A stretch of 63,820 nucleotides of DNA, the filler included, from Stramenopiles sp. TOSAG23-6 (taxonomy: Eukaryota), in assembly GCA_900128565.1 (NCBI GenBank). It is 13 parts of 13 records of this genome, joined end to end, with 100 filler letters (N's around TTAATTAATTAA, not from the genome) between each part and the next. Parts side by side here need not be neighbours in the genome. Positions count along the whole stretch, not along the records: positions 19,932 to 26,440 come from LT636684.1; positions 26,541 to 33,038 come from LT636685.1; positions 33,139 to 39,625 come from LT636686.1; 10 more parts are not named here. One strand, given 5' to 3'. The first letter of the stretch is position 1, and the number at the start of each line of letters is the position of its first letter. Below, piece by piece: positions 23,431 to 36,100 of this stretch. The position numbers were made by a program, and so were the translations under genes. Below the pieces are notes generated by a model. The model was given only the letters and a program-made list of their open reading frames with translations. It did not search any database and was not told the origin of the DNA.

Positions 23431-23808
23431 TCAACTCCAGGCTGACATTGTTTCGTGTTTATAGCCCTTCCCAATGGTGTTCGATGTCTCGGCGATTTTT
23501 TGCCCTGTAGGTTCTGTTTCCAAAACGTCAGGGGGTCCTGAGCCTCCTGTCGAAGTTGTTCTTTTTTTCCATTTCGGAGCGTCAGATTCCACCGAGTCAA
23601 AATTGTGATTTGATTTTCTCATTATCATTATGATTACTACATTCCACAATGTTGAGAATACTAAAGTTGAAAATATAATTGCTAAAGAAGTTATTACTGG
23701 GCAATACTGTGTCCCGCACGATCCACTTTCGAAGTCACTCTTTTTTATGGCCATTTGTATCAACTCTCGAAGTCTAATTTCTTTCTCTTCGTTTGAGCAC
23801 GTCGACAT
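23431..23808 (-). CDS. Small hypothetical single-pass membrane protein
   Basis: 125-aa ORF with one hydrophobic segment. No family recognised. Confidence 0.4.
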   Translation of the reverse strand: MSTCSNEEKEIRLRELIQMAIKKSDFESGSCGTQYCPVITSLAIIFSTLVFSTLWNVVIIMIMRKSNHNFDSVESDAPKWKKRTTSTGGSGPPDVLETEPTGQKIAETSNTIGKGYKHETMSAWS

Positions 23809-24226
23809 ACTGTTGCGTAAGTTTACTCAAAATATGTCCAACTGTCTCTATGGTGTTCGACAGATATTAATGCACTGTATATAAGATGAAGGATAGAAAT
23901 GGGAATCTCTTTTTTTATCAATAAAATAGAGGTAGTACCGTATACACACAACTTTTAAAGAAAACTTTCGGTTGCGGTTGCTCCTCTATTTTTAAACCCT
24001 AACCCTAGCTAGTAGCTTTTACGTCAATAAACTAGTAGTCTGATATATTTTGATGACGCGCACAGAAAACGTTCATTTTTCGATTTGTCAATCGACACAA
24101 ACTCCACGGGAGATCGATCCATCGAATGGGAATAATTGCATTCATAAACATTTGATCATTTTCTAGATTTATAGTTGATTTCACCTTGCGTATTTTCAAA
24201 GTCATTGCATAAAGCATACTTTGATC

Positions 24227-25886
24227 ATGGCAGTCAATTCATCGCCAGCCAGTTCTATAAAACTTCGGAACGACGTATTACTTTTGATCAAATATCAGTC
24301 GAAGCGCTTCCATGAGCAGCTTACAAAGCTTGGAAAATTAACTACAGATAATAATAAGATTCAACGTTCGTTGAGCGGTGCGACATTTGACAATAGTGTT
24401 TTGAATGTTTTTTCTACAACGTCGTCGTCTTCTCTATTAAGTAAAAGCAAAACTCAGAAGAAGAGAGTCACTGCCGAATCGAAAAAGTCGACCGTAAATG
24501 TGAAAAAAACTAACTCTAATAATAGTAATAAGGGTCCAATGAAACGCAAAGAGGAACTTACATGTTTGTTACAGAGACAGGGCAAGAAACCTTTTGTAAA
24601 TTTAAAAAAAATGGGTCAGTTTATTCAATTCATAGATGAACCAGATAGAGTCGCAAACAATTTTATGGAAGCAGCTCTCGTCGCACTTTTTCATTCACCA
24701 CAACCACAACTTGAAGATTTTTGTGGACGCTTAGGTATGAAGCGTTTAGCCGCTATATTAACATTTTATGGTACGTGTGAAGAAGAAAGATTCAACGAAA
24801 AAATTCCATCAAATGTTTTGAAAATCATCGACAAAATTATGTCCTCTGAGATTGATCTTCATAAAATCAAAAAGTACGGAAGTGCTGCAAAAGTAATTGG
24901 CACATATTATACAACTGATGTGAATCAAAGTCGTGTGAGTACTTCTTTGAGAAAGCAAGCAGATAGAATTCTTAAGAAGCTTATAGACATTAAAACTTTA
25001 GATAAGGAGAAAAAAGCAGAAGCGAAAGCTAAAGAATTAAGAAAAATTGAGGAAAGAAAGAAAAAAAAAGAGAGGAAAAGAAAAATAAAGGAAGCAGAGA
25101 GAGAAGAAAATGAAAAGATCAAGAAACGTAAAGTAGATAAATCTCTATTAACACAAAATCAGAAAATGGATACACTGCCAGGGTTAGGGTTAGGAGGTAG
25201 TGAATCTCTCAATGCGATGAACGTTCAGGACATGGATCTTTCTGTTGAAACGAAATCGTCAAATAGTAAATCTGCGAGTAACAGTCAATCGTCTACACCA
25301 ATGGCTTTGCAATCTATTGACAGAAATACAAACAATACTCAAAATACTCAAAATACTCAAAATAATAAAAGATCTGTTCGATGGGCCGATGAGCATGGGG
25401 GAGAATTGGAAGCAGTAAAAACATTTGAAAAAGAAAACAAAGACGATGCACCGGGTACTCCGGTTCCTGAAATGGAATCTAAGCGTGATTGGAATGGAAA
25501 AAAAGTTATTTCTTTGAGTAAAAAAGAACAGGGGCTTCGAATGAGACGACAAGAAAATATCTTTAATAATCAGTTAATACGTTGGAGAGAGCCTCCGAAA
25601 ATCATACCTTGTCAATTTGAATATACAGATACCAATCAAGAGCAAGACACTCCGTATGATGAATTCGGTTCGAATAGTACAGAACGAATAAAATTATCAA
25701 ACTCAGAGGATTTGCATACTCCTGAGGTTGGAGCGAGAATACCAGACAATCCATCAAATCATATAGTAATAGAGAGTGCACTGTCAGGTCCAAATAAGTA
25801 TGAGTGCAAAGAAACAAAGTTTAGCAAATACGTAACAGAACCACAACAGAATCAATATCAACCACCACAACAAAATCGTTATCAGC

Positions 25887-25918
<32 letters not shown>

Positions 25919-26059
25919 ACTGGTTATCAATCACAGCAAAGTTATTACCGACCACAACAACAAAATTATTATCAGCAACAACAACAACCAAGGTATGATC
26001 AAGGATACAGTAATCAGCAACAGTATTCATATAATAATCAAAATAATAGACAGTATTAA
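24227..26059 (+). CDS. PNUTS/PPP1R10-like PP1-binding nuclear protein
   Basis: Helical TFIIS-N-like region, PP1-docking RVxF-type motif KRSVRWAD..LEAVKTF, and a Q/Y-rich tail. Confidence 0.55.
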
Positions 26060-26540
26060 TAACAAAACAAGTTTCGTTGAATTGAATAAATGAATTAAGT
26101 TCTATAGAAAGATGATGAAAAAATATTTCAAAAAAAAACGTTAGGTACAACATTTCGTACGAAAAAATAAATTCGAATTTGAAATGAAAACGTGATGCTC
26201 ATATTTTTTGTTCGCTACAAAATTTTCATAATAAAAGAAATGCTACACAAAAATACACGAGTTTCATTGATATAAAGAGTGAAACAATTTCCATAATTCA
26301 CTTATAAAAAACAAAATTTTAATTACATTTCATTTATAATGTTATATGTTAACTAAGATCAAATCCTGATTTTACCCCTAACCCGAAAATTTTAATTACA
26401 TTTCATTTATAATGTTATATGTTAACTAAGATCAAATCCTNNNNNNNNNNNNNNNNNNNNNNNNNNNNNNNNNNNNNNNNNNNNTTAATTAATTAANNNN
26501 NNNNNNNNNNNNNNNNNNNNNNNNNNNNNNNNNNNNNNNN

Positions 26541-27703
26541 ACATCGATGAAGTACAAGATTTCACTGCAGCTGAACTTGCATTGATCTTTCTTGCGGTTG
26601 GATGTAATCCAGAAGCAGTAACAGTCGCTGGTGATGAAGCTCAACAAGTAAATGCGGATGTAGTTTTTCGATTTAGCGACGTAAAAGATGTCATGAATAT
26701 GGCTGTGAACTTTAACAGCCGCGGTAGCAAACACACGAGTAAAATTTCAGAAAAACCAGAAATATTGGTGGAAAATTTACGTACGCATTTGGGAGTGCTC
26801 AAACTAGCAAACCACTTTATTGATCTTCTGAAAACGCACTTTCATTTAGAAAATATATTACCAGAAACAACAGAAAATCCAGGTGATCCACCAGAGACAT
26901 GGGCAACAAGTGTAGAACAGCTTCTAGTAGAATTAGGTGAACAATCTAGCGCAGTTCTTCTCTTTACAGATGACGCGGCGAAAGAAGCCTTTCGTGATAC
27001 TCAAGCATTTAAGGATGCTGAAAATAGTGCATCCATTACAACATTGACTATACTCCAAGCAAAAGGTCTTGAATGGAAGAACGTCGTTCTTGTTAATTTC
27101 TTTTCATCGTCGGAGATTAAATGGCACAGTATGTTAAAAAATCCTAGTTTTGGTCCCAGGGAAGAACGTATATTAAAAATGATCTATACTGGAATAACAC
27201 GATGTCAAAGTCGTCTTTTCATTGTCGAAGTGAATGCAAATTCAAATTCTCGTTCAGCATTCAAGCAAATGGCAACATATACAGCTGTATACCATCGGTC
27301 GACTGAAGCACCAAGATCAAGATTAAACAACTTACAGATGTCAATATGTGGAATGATTAAACGTGGTATACAGTTAATCAAAATGGCTCAGTGCAGTGAT
27401 AATAATCCAAGCCAGTTATTCTCACAAGCTATCACCATGTTTACTCTAGCAAAGAGAAATGATTTAGTTGAGAGAGCAAAAGCCACAAAAGCGTGTCTAA
27501 ATCATTCTCTCAAATTTACCAGTGAGGAACAACTTGCTTCATTTGTGAATGATTGTATTCAAAGTGGTAGTGGTAGTGGTATGTACCAATGCGCAAAAGA
27601 GCAAATGGGAAAGTGGATTGAAAGCATGGATGTAGGTACACATGTAGAGTATTTGAAAGCTATTGAACAGAAAATTGAAGAGAAAATTCCAAGTATATTG
27701 TAG
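26541..27703 (+). CDS. UvrD-like SF1 helicase C-terminal portion (TRANK1-like), 5'-partial
   Basis: IDEVQD, AGDEAQ, ENLRTH, TILQAKGLEWKNVVLVNFF and YTGITRCQSRLFI motifs. Confidence 0.85.
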
Positions 27704-28003
27704 AATACCCAAGATTGTTTTTTTTTGTAAATTAAAAGAAATTGTACAAATACGTGTTACTCTATGACTCAAAAAAATAGCTGCTAGTGCTATACAAAAT
27801 TTACATTCAGGTAATAATAACAGTACTATATGTTGTACGTACCCACTTTAGTACTATACGCATCGAAGAATCTGATACTACAAGAAGATTATGGTTTAAA
27901 ATTTTAAAATTGATGCAAACAAACCTACGCAAAATATCATCATTCTAATATATTTTTTTCTTTTATTGTATCATATTATAATAATTATCAATAGGCTACA
28001 CAA

Positions 28004-30859
28004 TTAAAACCAAACAGTTCCAGGTGGAATACAAAGTCGTTTCACAGACTCAACAGCCGACGATTTCTCCTCAGCCTTATTCACTGCAAATAGAATGTCT
28101 CTATGTATATCATTATTATATTGATCGATTACTGTAACACCTAGTGTCCTCTCGCAAACACCGCCATCTCCAACGAGACCACCGAAAAGGACCTCCTTCA
28201 TATTGGTTTGTATCATCACACCTTCATTCATATTTGTATGAACTACTTCACCGTCATGTATATGAGTATGAACATAGTGTAGCCCCCCGTGAACGTGGTA
28301 GTTGCAATATGAATTAACTGTGATTGTTTTCTTTTCTATACTTACAGTTGTGTTTGGACAAATAACTATACTGTGGAAAAATATTTTAGAAAAAAAAATG
28401 TTAGGTACGGAATTAAACCAAAAAATAAAAAGATTGAAATTTATCGTGAAAACGTACCTGTATACTCTGGCTTAATAGCAACACCTTTATGTTTCGTGTT
28501 TGAGTCAATACTAGTAAAAATGGAGTAAATTTTTTTCTGTGTTTCATCATCGGCTTCTGTTCGAGATATCGCCTGAAGAGTCCAATTAACAAAATTATTT
28601 GACATTATCTTTGGGTCACACATGCCAGGCAACAAATGTGAATCGTCCTTCAGTAACTTACTATCCTTTGTAATGGTATCAATTAATTTTTTTTCCAATT
28701 GTACTAAATCATCTGTCGGTTCTCCTCCTTTTACATATAAATCATGCATTTCTATTTTTTGACCATTAACACTTATTTCATGCTCTTCAGATATTGTTTT
28801 CAATAAATCATGTTGCTCAATTTTATCACGTTTACCTAGAACAAGTCTACTGAAAATAGTACTTTCTCCTATATCGTTTTTATTTTTCTTCTTATGTTTA
28901 TGATGTTCATGGTGTTTATGATGTTCATGATGTTTATGATGTTTATGGTGTTCATGATGCTTGTGATGATGTTTATGATGTCTATGTTTATGATGATGAT
29001 GGTGTATATTTTGTCTTTTGCGTATCTCTTTTGTAGTATGGTGATGCATGATATTACTGCCCTCTAAATTATTATGCTGATGTGCAAAATCTGAAGCTGT
29101 ACTTCCATCCTTGCTTTGAATTTCAACCAATGCTCCATGATCAAGTAATAAACGAAGTATGTCATTTGAGTGTTGCGCCGCTGAAATCATAAGTGGTGTA
29201 ATCCCATTCTCGTCTGAGCTGTTTACAAGAGCTCCGCGCTTAAACAAATTCAGTATCAATCTTTTTGATTGATTGCCAACGGCTTCCCGAAGTTCTTTAT
29301 TTAATTTGCAAGTAGTACAAAAATAATAACCTTCAGGTATTTCATTCAAGGGTGGATTCATGCAGTATAAATGACATCCTTTAGAACATCCATCGCATAA
29401 TATTATATATGTTGGGTTTACACAAGTGTTGCACACGGTACAGGGAAATTGAGGTGATGTCATTGCACCGGGCTGTTGTTGTATTACACCGGGAGGTTGC
29501 TGCATTACACCGGGCTGTGGCTGCATTACACCAGGAGGTTGCTGCATTACACCAGGTGGTTGCCGTGTAGGATCATTTAGATGAGAAACTTGACTTTGCA
29601 TAGCAGTATTCTCTAGACGACGTTCAATATTAGCTAGACGCTGCTCATCATCATCTAAACGGACATTATCATCTTTTGAAGTAGAATGTGAACTCGAACT
29701 AGACCTAGATCCAGAGCCAGAATCTGAACTAGTACCAGAATCTGAACTAGAACCAGAATCTGAACTAGAACCAGAATCTGAACGAGACCCTGAACTAGAA
29801 TCATCGCTATCTGAATAAGAGTGATGATTTGTAGTGGTCACACTTCCAACATCTGTAGTAAGAGGAGTGGTAAAACCATCAATATTATACTCCGAATCTG
29901 CAGAGTGCCGGCGTTGGTTGCGTTTATTCTTTTTGATAAAACCGCGCAACATTTCTACAATATGTTCCGGTCCCTTTTCCTTTGCAATATGTAGTGCATT
30001 CACACCTCGATGATTTTTCTTCAGAGCATTAGCACCACAATGCAATAACATGTTTGCTATGGTGTATTCCCGAGTATCCAATGCAAGCATTAGAGGAGTA
30101 TTCCCATCTTTGGCGGAAATATCTGGTGATGCACCTTGCGTTAAAAGTAACTTTGTAATATTTTTATTTCCAAGCTGCACTGCATACATCAATGCTGAAT
30201 GTCCATCTTTTGATTTAATGTCTGGATCCGCGTGAAGTTTTAAAAGCTCATTTACTATATTTAACCTACGTTCAAATGTGGCAAGCATGTATTTTGGAAA
30301 AATATTTCAAAAAAAAAACGTTAGTTACAAAATTTCGTACNNNNNNNNNNNNNNNNNNNNNNNNNNNNNNNNNNNNNNNNNNNNNNNNNNNNNNNNNNNN
30401 NNNNNNNNNNNNNNNNNNNNNNNNNNNNNNNNNNNNNNNNNNNNNNNNNNATATTCGCCGAATTTCGTGTATAGAGTGCTTTTCAGAGATTGCTGACATC
30501 AATTTCTCTCCGATTTCACATTCTGGACAACTCCAGTCTTCACTCGGCAAATTATACAGTGGTGGAGTTAAACAATGCATATGATAACATTTACCACAAT
30601 TTTTATATCTGCAGTAGATTAATCGATGTCTATTGCTATCATCATCGTCTTTACATACAGGACATACAAAAATATCTGTTTTCGATTCCCATGCATCTCT
30701 GATCTCTTGATTATGTTTTCGTGCTCTTTTGGCTTTAATACCAAAAAGATCTTTTTTAATTTGAAGATCAGTTTCACCCGCTGATTTTAATTGTTTTACA
30801 ATACGTTTATCTTCTTCTTCGTGTCCGAACACACTAAGTGCGCTATCTATACTATTCAT
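28004..30859 (-). CDS. PHD finger and ankyrin repeat protein (2 PHDs, His-rich tract), multi-exon with an N gap
   Basis: CPVC..C..C..YHMHCLTPPL..LP..DWSCPEC and a second PHD; GxTPLM ankyrin repeats. Family introns at 30287-30340 and 28366-28457. Confidence 0.8.
28366..28457 (-). other. Family intron that ends in a canonical AG (92 nt)
   Basis: AG|GTACGTTTT...CCGTACCTAAC...CCACAGTAT-AG|TT joins in frame to VICPNT...MNEGVMIQ. Confidence 0.85.
30287..30340 (-). other. Non-canonical intron, 3' part (..CCAAAATAC-AT)
   Basis: Core with GTAACTAAC next to an N gap, followed by an ankyrin exon. Confidence 0.7.
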
Positions 30860-30952
30860 TTTTGTATCATGCCCAATAACTNNNNNNNNNNNNNNNNNNN
30901 NNNNNNNNNNNNNNNNNNNNNNNNNNNNNNNNNNNNNNNNNNNNNNNNNNNN

Positions 30953-32160
30953 GTAGAATTGTTTCGCTTTTTATCAGATGACAATCCCAAAGCCATTTCA
31001 AAACAATCTGGTGTGTGATATTTATAATCCGGTGTGTGATATTTATGTTCGAGTTTATCCTTTTTCTTAGGCGGCGAAGGGAATTTTATCGTGTCCAACA
31101 TTTCCATTGTATTTTCGTTTTCATTTTCATTCTCTACTTCAGCTTTCGCTTCCTCAGTCAATTTGTCGGCATTTGCTATAGCAGCCTTTTTTATATTCAT
31201 TGCCTCTGCTTCCGCTTCTTTTAGTTTAGATTTAGCTCTTGCTGCCATTCGTATTTTTTCTGCTTTTGATTTAGCTTTCTTCTTTATTGCTTCCGCATTG
31301 GCCTCAGCTTCCAACTTTATTTCTGCCGCGATTGCATCAACTGATGGAGGTGGCGGTAATGGGGGTGGTTCTGCTTTTGCTTCAGCTGCTATTGTTATTT
31401 TTGTTGCTTCGTTTTCAGCTGCCACTGTAATTTCTTCTGCTTCTTCTTCAGCTTCAATTGTTATTGCGTTTGCTTCAGCTTTCAGAATTGTCGCTTTTGC
31501 GTTTGTTTTAGCCACTTTAATTATTTCCTTTGCTTTAACTTTAGCTTTCATTTTTTTTGCCAATGCTTCCGCTGCTTTTTCTTTCGGGAATGGTGGTATT
31601 GGAGGCGGTTTCTTTTGTTTATATCTTTTATCATGTCGATTTACTATACGCGACGCTCTTCGGACAAATGTTTTATTGTGTTTTTTCACTTGCGTGGCCA
31701 ATGACACCACACCCGCCATCTTCCCCGTGGATTTGTTTTCTACGTTTTCTTCTTTCTGTTTAACTTTTATNNNNNNNNNNNNNNNNNNNNNNNNNNNNNN
31801 NNNNNNNNNNNNNNNNNNNNNNNNNNNNNNNNNNATTGTACTTCTAAGTGTTGAACGAGTTGATCAGTGGTGGGATAATTTGTCATAGGGACAATTTTTT
31901 CCAGTTCTTCTTCGTGCTTTTTCTTCAAGATTCCATGTGTTAATCTAAATGCTGTTTCATGTACGTCTGTTACTTTGGCTAGCGTTTCTTTTAGAGTCTT
32001 TATTTGACCTTCTATTTTGTTCAAGAACGAAAACAAATGATCTTTCTTCGAAAGTGAAGTGTTTGTTTTTATTTGCTCTCGAATTGATTTTAGCACTTTC
32101 TTACGGAGTACCGTAAGTTTAGTGATTAACTCTTTCAGATGCGCTGCAGTTTCGGGCATC
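30953..32160 (-). CDS. A/K/E-rich coiled-coil protein with Pro tracts, broken by N gaps
   Basis: Open frames on either side of the gaps; low-complexity sequence. Confidence 0.45.
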
Positions 32161-32492
32161 GTCTAGAGTTTANNNNNNNNNNNNNNNNNNNNNNNNNNNN
32201 NNNNNNNNNNNNNNNNNNNNNNNNNNNNNNNNNNNNNNNNNNNNNNNNNNNNNNNNNNNTAGGTAAATCCAGCCGTTACTTTTCGAAGAAAAATCTATGT
32301 ATGTGTCGAATAAAGCTATACGTTACTTTTTGTGAAACAGGGACAGGTTTATTCCAATATCGGGGGTTATTTTGAAATCAATTGCTTTTTGCTTGAGATG
32401 AATTCTGTTTACTCAAAAGGTAGCTAATCATAATGAATGATTGGTGGTGAACACAGCTAAAGTTATGATTCATTATTACTGTTAAGATAACG

Positions 32493-33038
32493 ATGAAAGT
32501 AACAACTCTTTCAATTAGCATTACTGCTGTCTTAGTATGTATTGCTAAAACAGTCGCAATGAATAATCGTCCCGGTCGTCCTCAAAAGAGGGGACGATTG
32601 AACAACGGTACATCATCAGCCAAAAAAGAAGCAGGTGTTGCGTCACTTCGTATTCAAAAACACTTTGAAACCTCACACGTGAACGCAGTCTCGTTAAAGC
32701 ACGCATCGCAACATCAGAGGCAAAATTTCGTTTATGTTCTTAGAGCCGTAGAACACAATGGAATGGATTTAGAATTTGCATCAAAAAAGCTCCGAGGAAA
32801 TCCAAAGATTGTGCAACACGCTATACGAAATAATGTATTGGCCTTTCAATTTGCTACAGAAGAATTACAGAAACAGACTCAGATGATTCTGTTTGCTGTA
32901 TGGAATAATCCTGAAATACTCAATTATGGAACTTTCTCCTATCTATCAAATGATCCAATCGTAATGTCGCTCGCTTCAATAAAAGAACCAGAGATAGAAT
33001 TTACTTCATCTTCAAGTTTTAGAAAGAATTACTATACT
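32493..33038 (+). CDS. DUF4116-like repeat protein with a signal-peptide-like N-terminus, 3'-partial
   Basis: FVYVLRAVEHNGMDLEFASKKLRGNPKIVQHAIRNNVLAFQFATEELQ repeats; hydrophobic N-terminus. Confidence 0.65.
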
Positions 33039-33138
33039 NNNNNNNNNNNNNNNNNNNNNNNNNNNNNNNNNNNNNNNNNNNNTTAATTAATTAANNNNNN
33101 NNNNNNNNNNNNNNNNNNNNNNNNNNNNNNNNNNNNNN

Positions 33139-36100
33139 TTTGAAGTTTTTCAAGTTGCTCTGCATGTGCCAGTTTTAGTTCTTCTTCTTTTTTACGCTTT
33201 TTCTTTTCTGTTTCTAATTGAAGACTAAGTTCCTTTGCTTCAGCTTTTGCTTCCGCTTCGCGTAATACTGCTGCTTCGCGTTCTGTAGTCTTTACTTTGA
33301 GTTCTTCCCGGGCGATTTCTTCGCGTTTTAATGCCTTTGCTTCAACTTCGCGTAGAGCAGCATACTCATTGTCCTTGGCGCGAATCTCCGCTTCATATTG
33401 TAAACGCAATACATCCGCTTTTTCATTCTCACTTAGTTTTCCATCTCCATCTTCATCGGCGGATTCTAAAATTCGTTTTTTCTCAGCTTCGAGTTCCTTT
33501 TGATTATGTTCGCGTAATTCTATTTTTTTAGCTTCAAGTTCCTGTTGAATTCGCTCGCGTACCTTCCTTTGTTCATCTTCAAGGGTAACTTGCATTTCAG
33601 TCTGAATCCTGAATCTTTCTTTCTCCATATCTTTGTTTATCGTATTGATGGCATCTTTCTTCTCCCTTTGAAGTTGTTCATTCAACTGTTTGCGAATAAG
33701 CTCGCGATGTTTTTTCGCTTGTTGTTCTTGTTCCGTCCTTTCCATTGCAGCAATTTCAATTAAGCGATTTTGTTCTGCAGACCACTGTTGTGCAAGCTGT
33801 TGTTGCTGTTGAGCCATTTGCTCCGCCGCTTTTAATTTCCATTGAGCTTCGCGCTCTCTCATACGCTCCTCATTCTGTTGTCGGAGTGCTTCAAACTTTT
33901 CACGGTCACGCTGACGTGCTAATCGAACCTCATCTTCAATGCGTTTCTGTGTCTGTTTATGAATATTCACTGCTCGTTTTGCATCACCCCATCCAACACG
34001 TCGCTTTCTCGAGAATTTAACTTTGTCTGTATTTGGTTGTACATTTTGTAGATTTGCCGATCTCAACTTTTCGAGCTCAATATTTCGAGCTTTGATTAAG
34101 CTTTCATGTTTTGCGGCCTGGTCAGCGATACGAGTATCTGCAGCTGCTTCTTGCATCGCTATTTTTTGCTCTTGGGCAAGTAACAGCTTTTTCATGAGTT
34201 TAACATCTTCTAAAGCCCGATCCTTTTCCTCTTGTGATTTTGCTTCGGCCAATTTTAATAGTTCTGTCTCACGTTCTGCTGCCTCTACTTTAGCTTTTTC
34301 TTTGGCTAATATTTTTGAATTTTCTATGTTTTTTTCTATTTCAGCAACATCGCTGCGCTCTTTTTCGCGAATGCGAGCCTCTGCTTCATTTTGTAGGCGT
34401 GCTACATTTGCAAGTTCTACTTCATTCAATTGACCGTCATTGTCTGAGTCAGCATTTAGTACAATTCTATTTTTTTCATCCTCGAGTAATTTTCGATTGC
34501 GCTCCCGTAGCTCCCTTTTTTCTTTTTCCATTTTCTCATGCAGTTGCTTATTCATTTGCATTTCAGCTAAACGAAGGTCGTTCTGCATCTGACTTTTTAA
34601 TTTAGATTTTTCCATTTCAATCATTTTCTCTGCATTTAACTTGGCTCCAATCTCTCGTTTCAATGCTTCTTCATGTGCATCTTTCAATTCTTGTAACGCG
34701 TGTTCCTTCACTGAAAGATTTTCACTTTCAAGCTTTTCGAGTTTCTTTTTGTGTAACCTCGCTTGATTCTCTATAGAAAATTGTAAATCGCGCTCGAAAC
34801 TTTCTCGCTGTTCTGCCAATGCGTCCTGTTGTACAGCCATTTGGCGTCTTAGTAATGCAGCTTGTGATTCGTGTCTCTGCTTTTGCGCATCTAACAACAT
34901 CATTTGCTGTCGCTCAGATTGCTTGGCTGAATTTGCCAGTATATGTTTTTGTTCTTCTTGCATGCGTTCATAAAGTGAGTGCTCTTGATCTTGTAAATTT
35001 TGGATACGTTCCTGTGCAGCTTGCATTTCACGAATGTGGTTTTTCTCTCGTTGATTAGCAGCTAATTTCTCTGCTTCGACAGCCTCTAATCTGACCATCA
35101 TTATTCTATGCTGTTCAGCCATGTCTGCCTGTAAATTGGCCTCGCGTTGCTTGTAGCGCTCTTCGATTTCATTTTCTAATTTAGTCTTTGTGTCTGCAGA
35201 AGCTTTTTCAATCTCTGCTTGCATCTTTTTTTCTGTCTCTGTCCGAACGGCGGCTATCTTAATCATAGCTTCTGCTTCTGCTTTTCTGACAGCTGCATCA
35301 GCTTTTTCTCGGGCCCGACGTTCAGACTCAAATTGTAAATGAGCAATATTTGCACGATCTGTATCATTTGTCATACCATCCCCATTTACATCCTTCGCAG
35401 CAATTATTCTTTCATGTTCAGCTTTGATATCTTTTTCCATTTGTTTGCGTAGTTCTAACTTCATTTGCTCAAGTTGGGCTTGTACATCTTCAAAATTACG
35501 CGCATGTTCATCTTGTATTTTTTGTTGAATATGTAGACTCTCCAAATTTATTTTATTTTTCCTCGCTGTTTCTAAAAGGGATAACTCTCGTATCTTCTGA
35601 TCCTCAAGCAATTTTGCCTGATTTTCAATTTTTTCTAACAACATCTTTTTACTTTCTTCTGCTTCAAGACGATGTATTTCACGTTGCTCTTGCAAGCGCT
35701 TTTCTTGTGCCAAACGTACAGCTTCAATTTCCGCGGACGAACTAGCTGTCGATTGGAGTTGTTTTAATTTTAGGTGTCTTTGCTCCAATTCTTTAGCTTG
35801 TTGCTCTAATCTGAATTCCATTTCCCTGATTTGCTTCTGGTGTCTAGTTTCTTGTGCTAATTTCATTGCTTCAAGTTGTTCTTTATTTTTATGATTCGAT
35901 AAAAGTAAGATTTGTTGTTTTTCTGATTTAACCTGGGATTTAAATGCCTCCAGCTCTGCTTCAAGATTTTGTTTTTCCTCCATTGCTTGTGACATACGGG
36001 CTACCTCGCGATGTTCCTTCAAAAGTTGTCGATCAAACTTACCCTGTTGCTCTGCGAGTTGTTTCTGTAATTTGCTATGCAACATAATTTGTTTCTGTTG

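Noticed and set aside
26313-26440. ~55-bp direct repeat at the contig end
   Set aside because: Contig-terminal duplication, most likely an assembly artefact.
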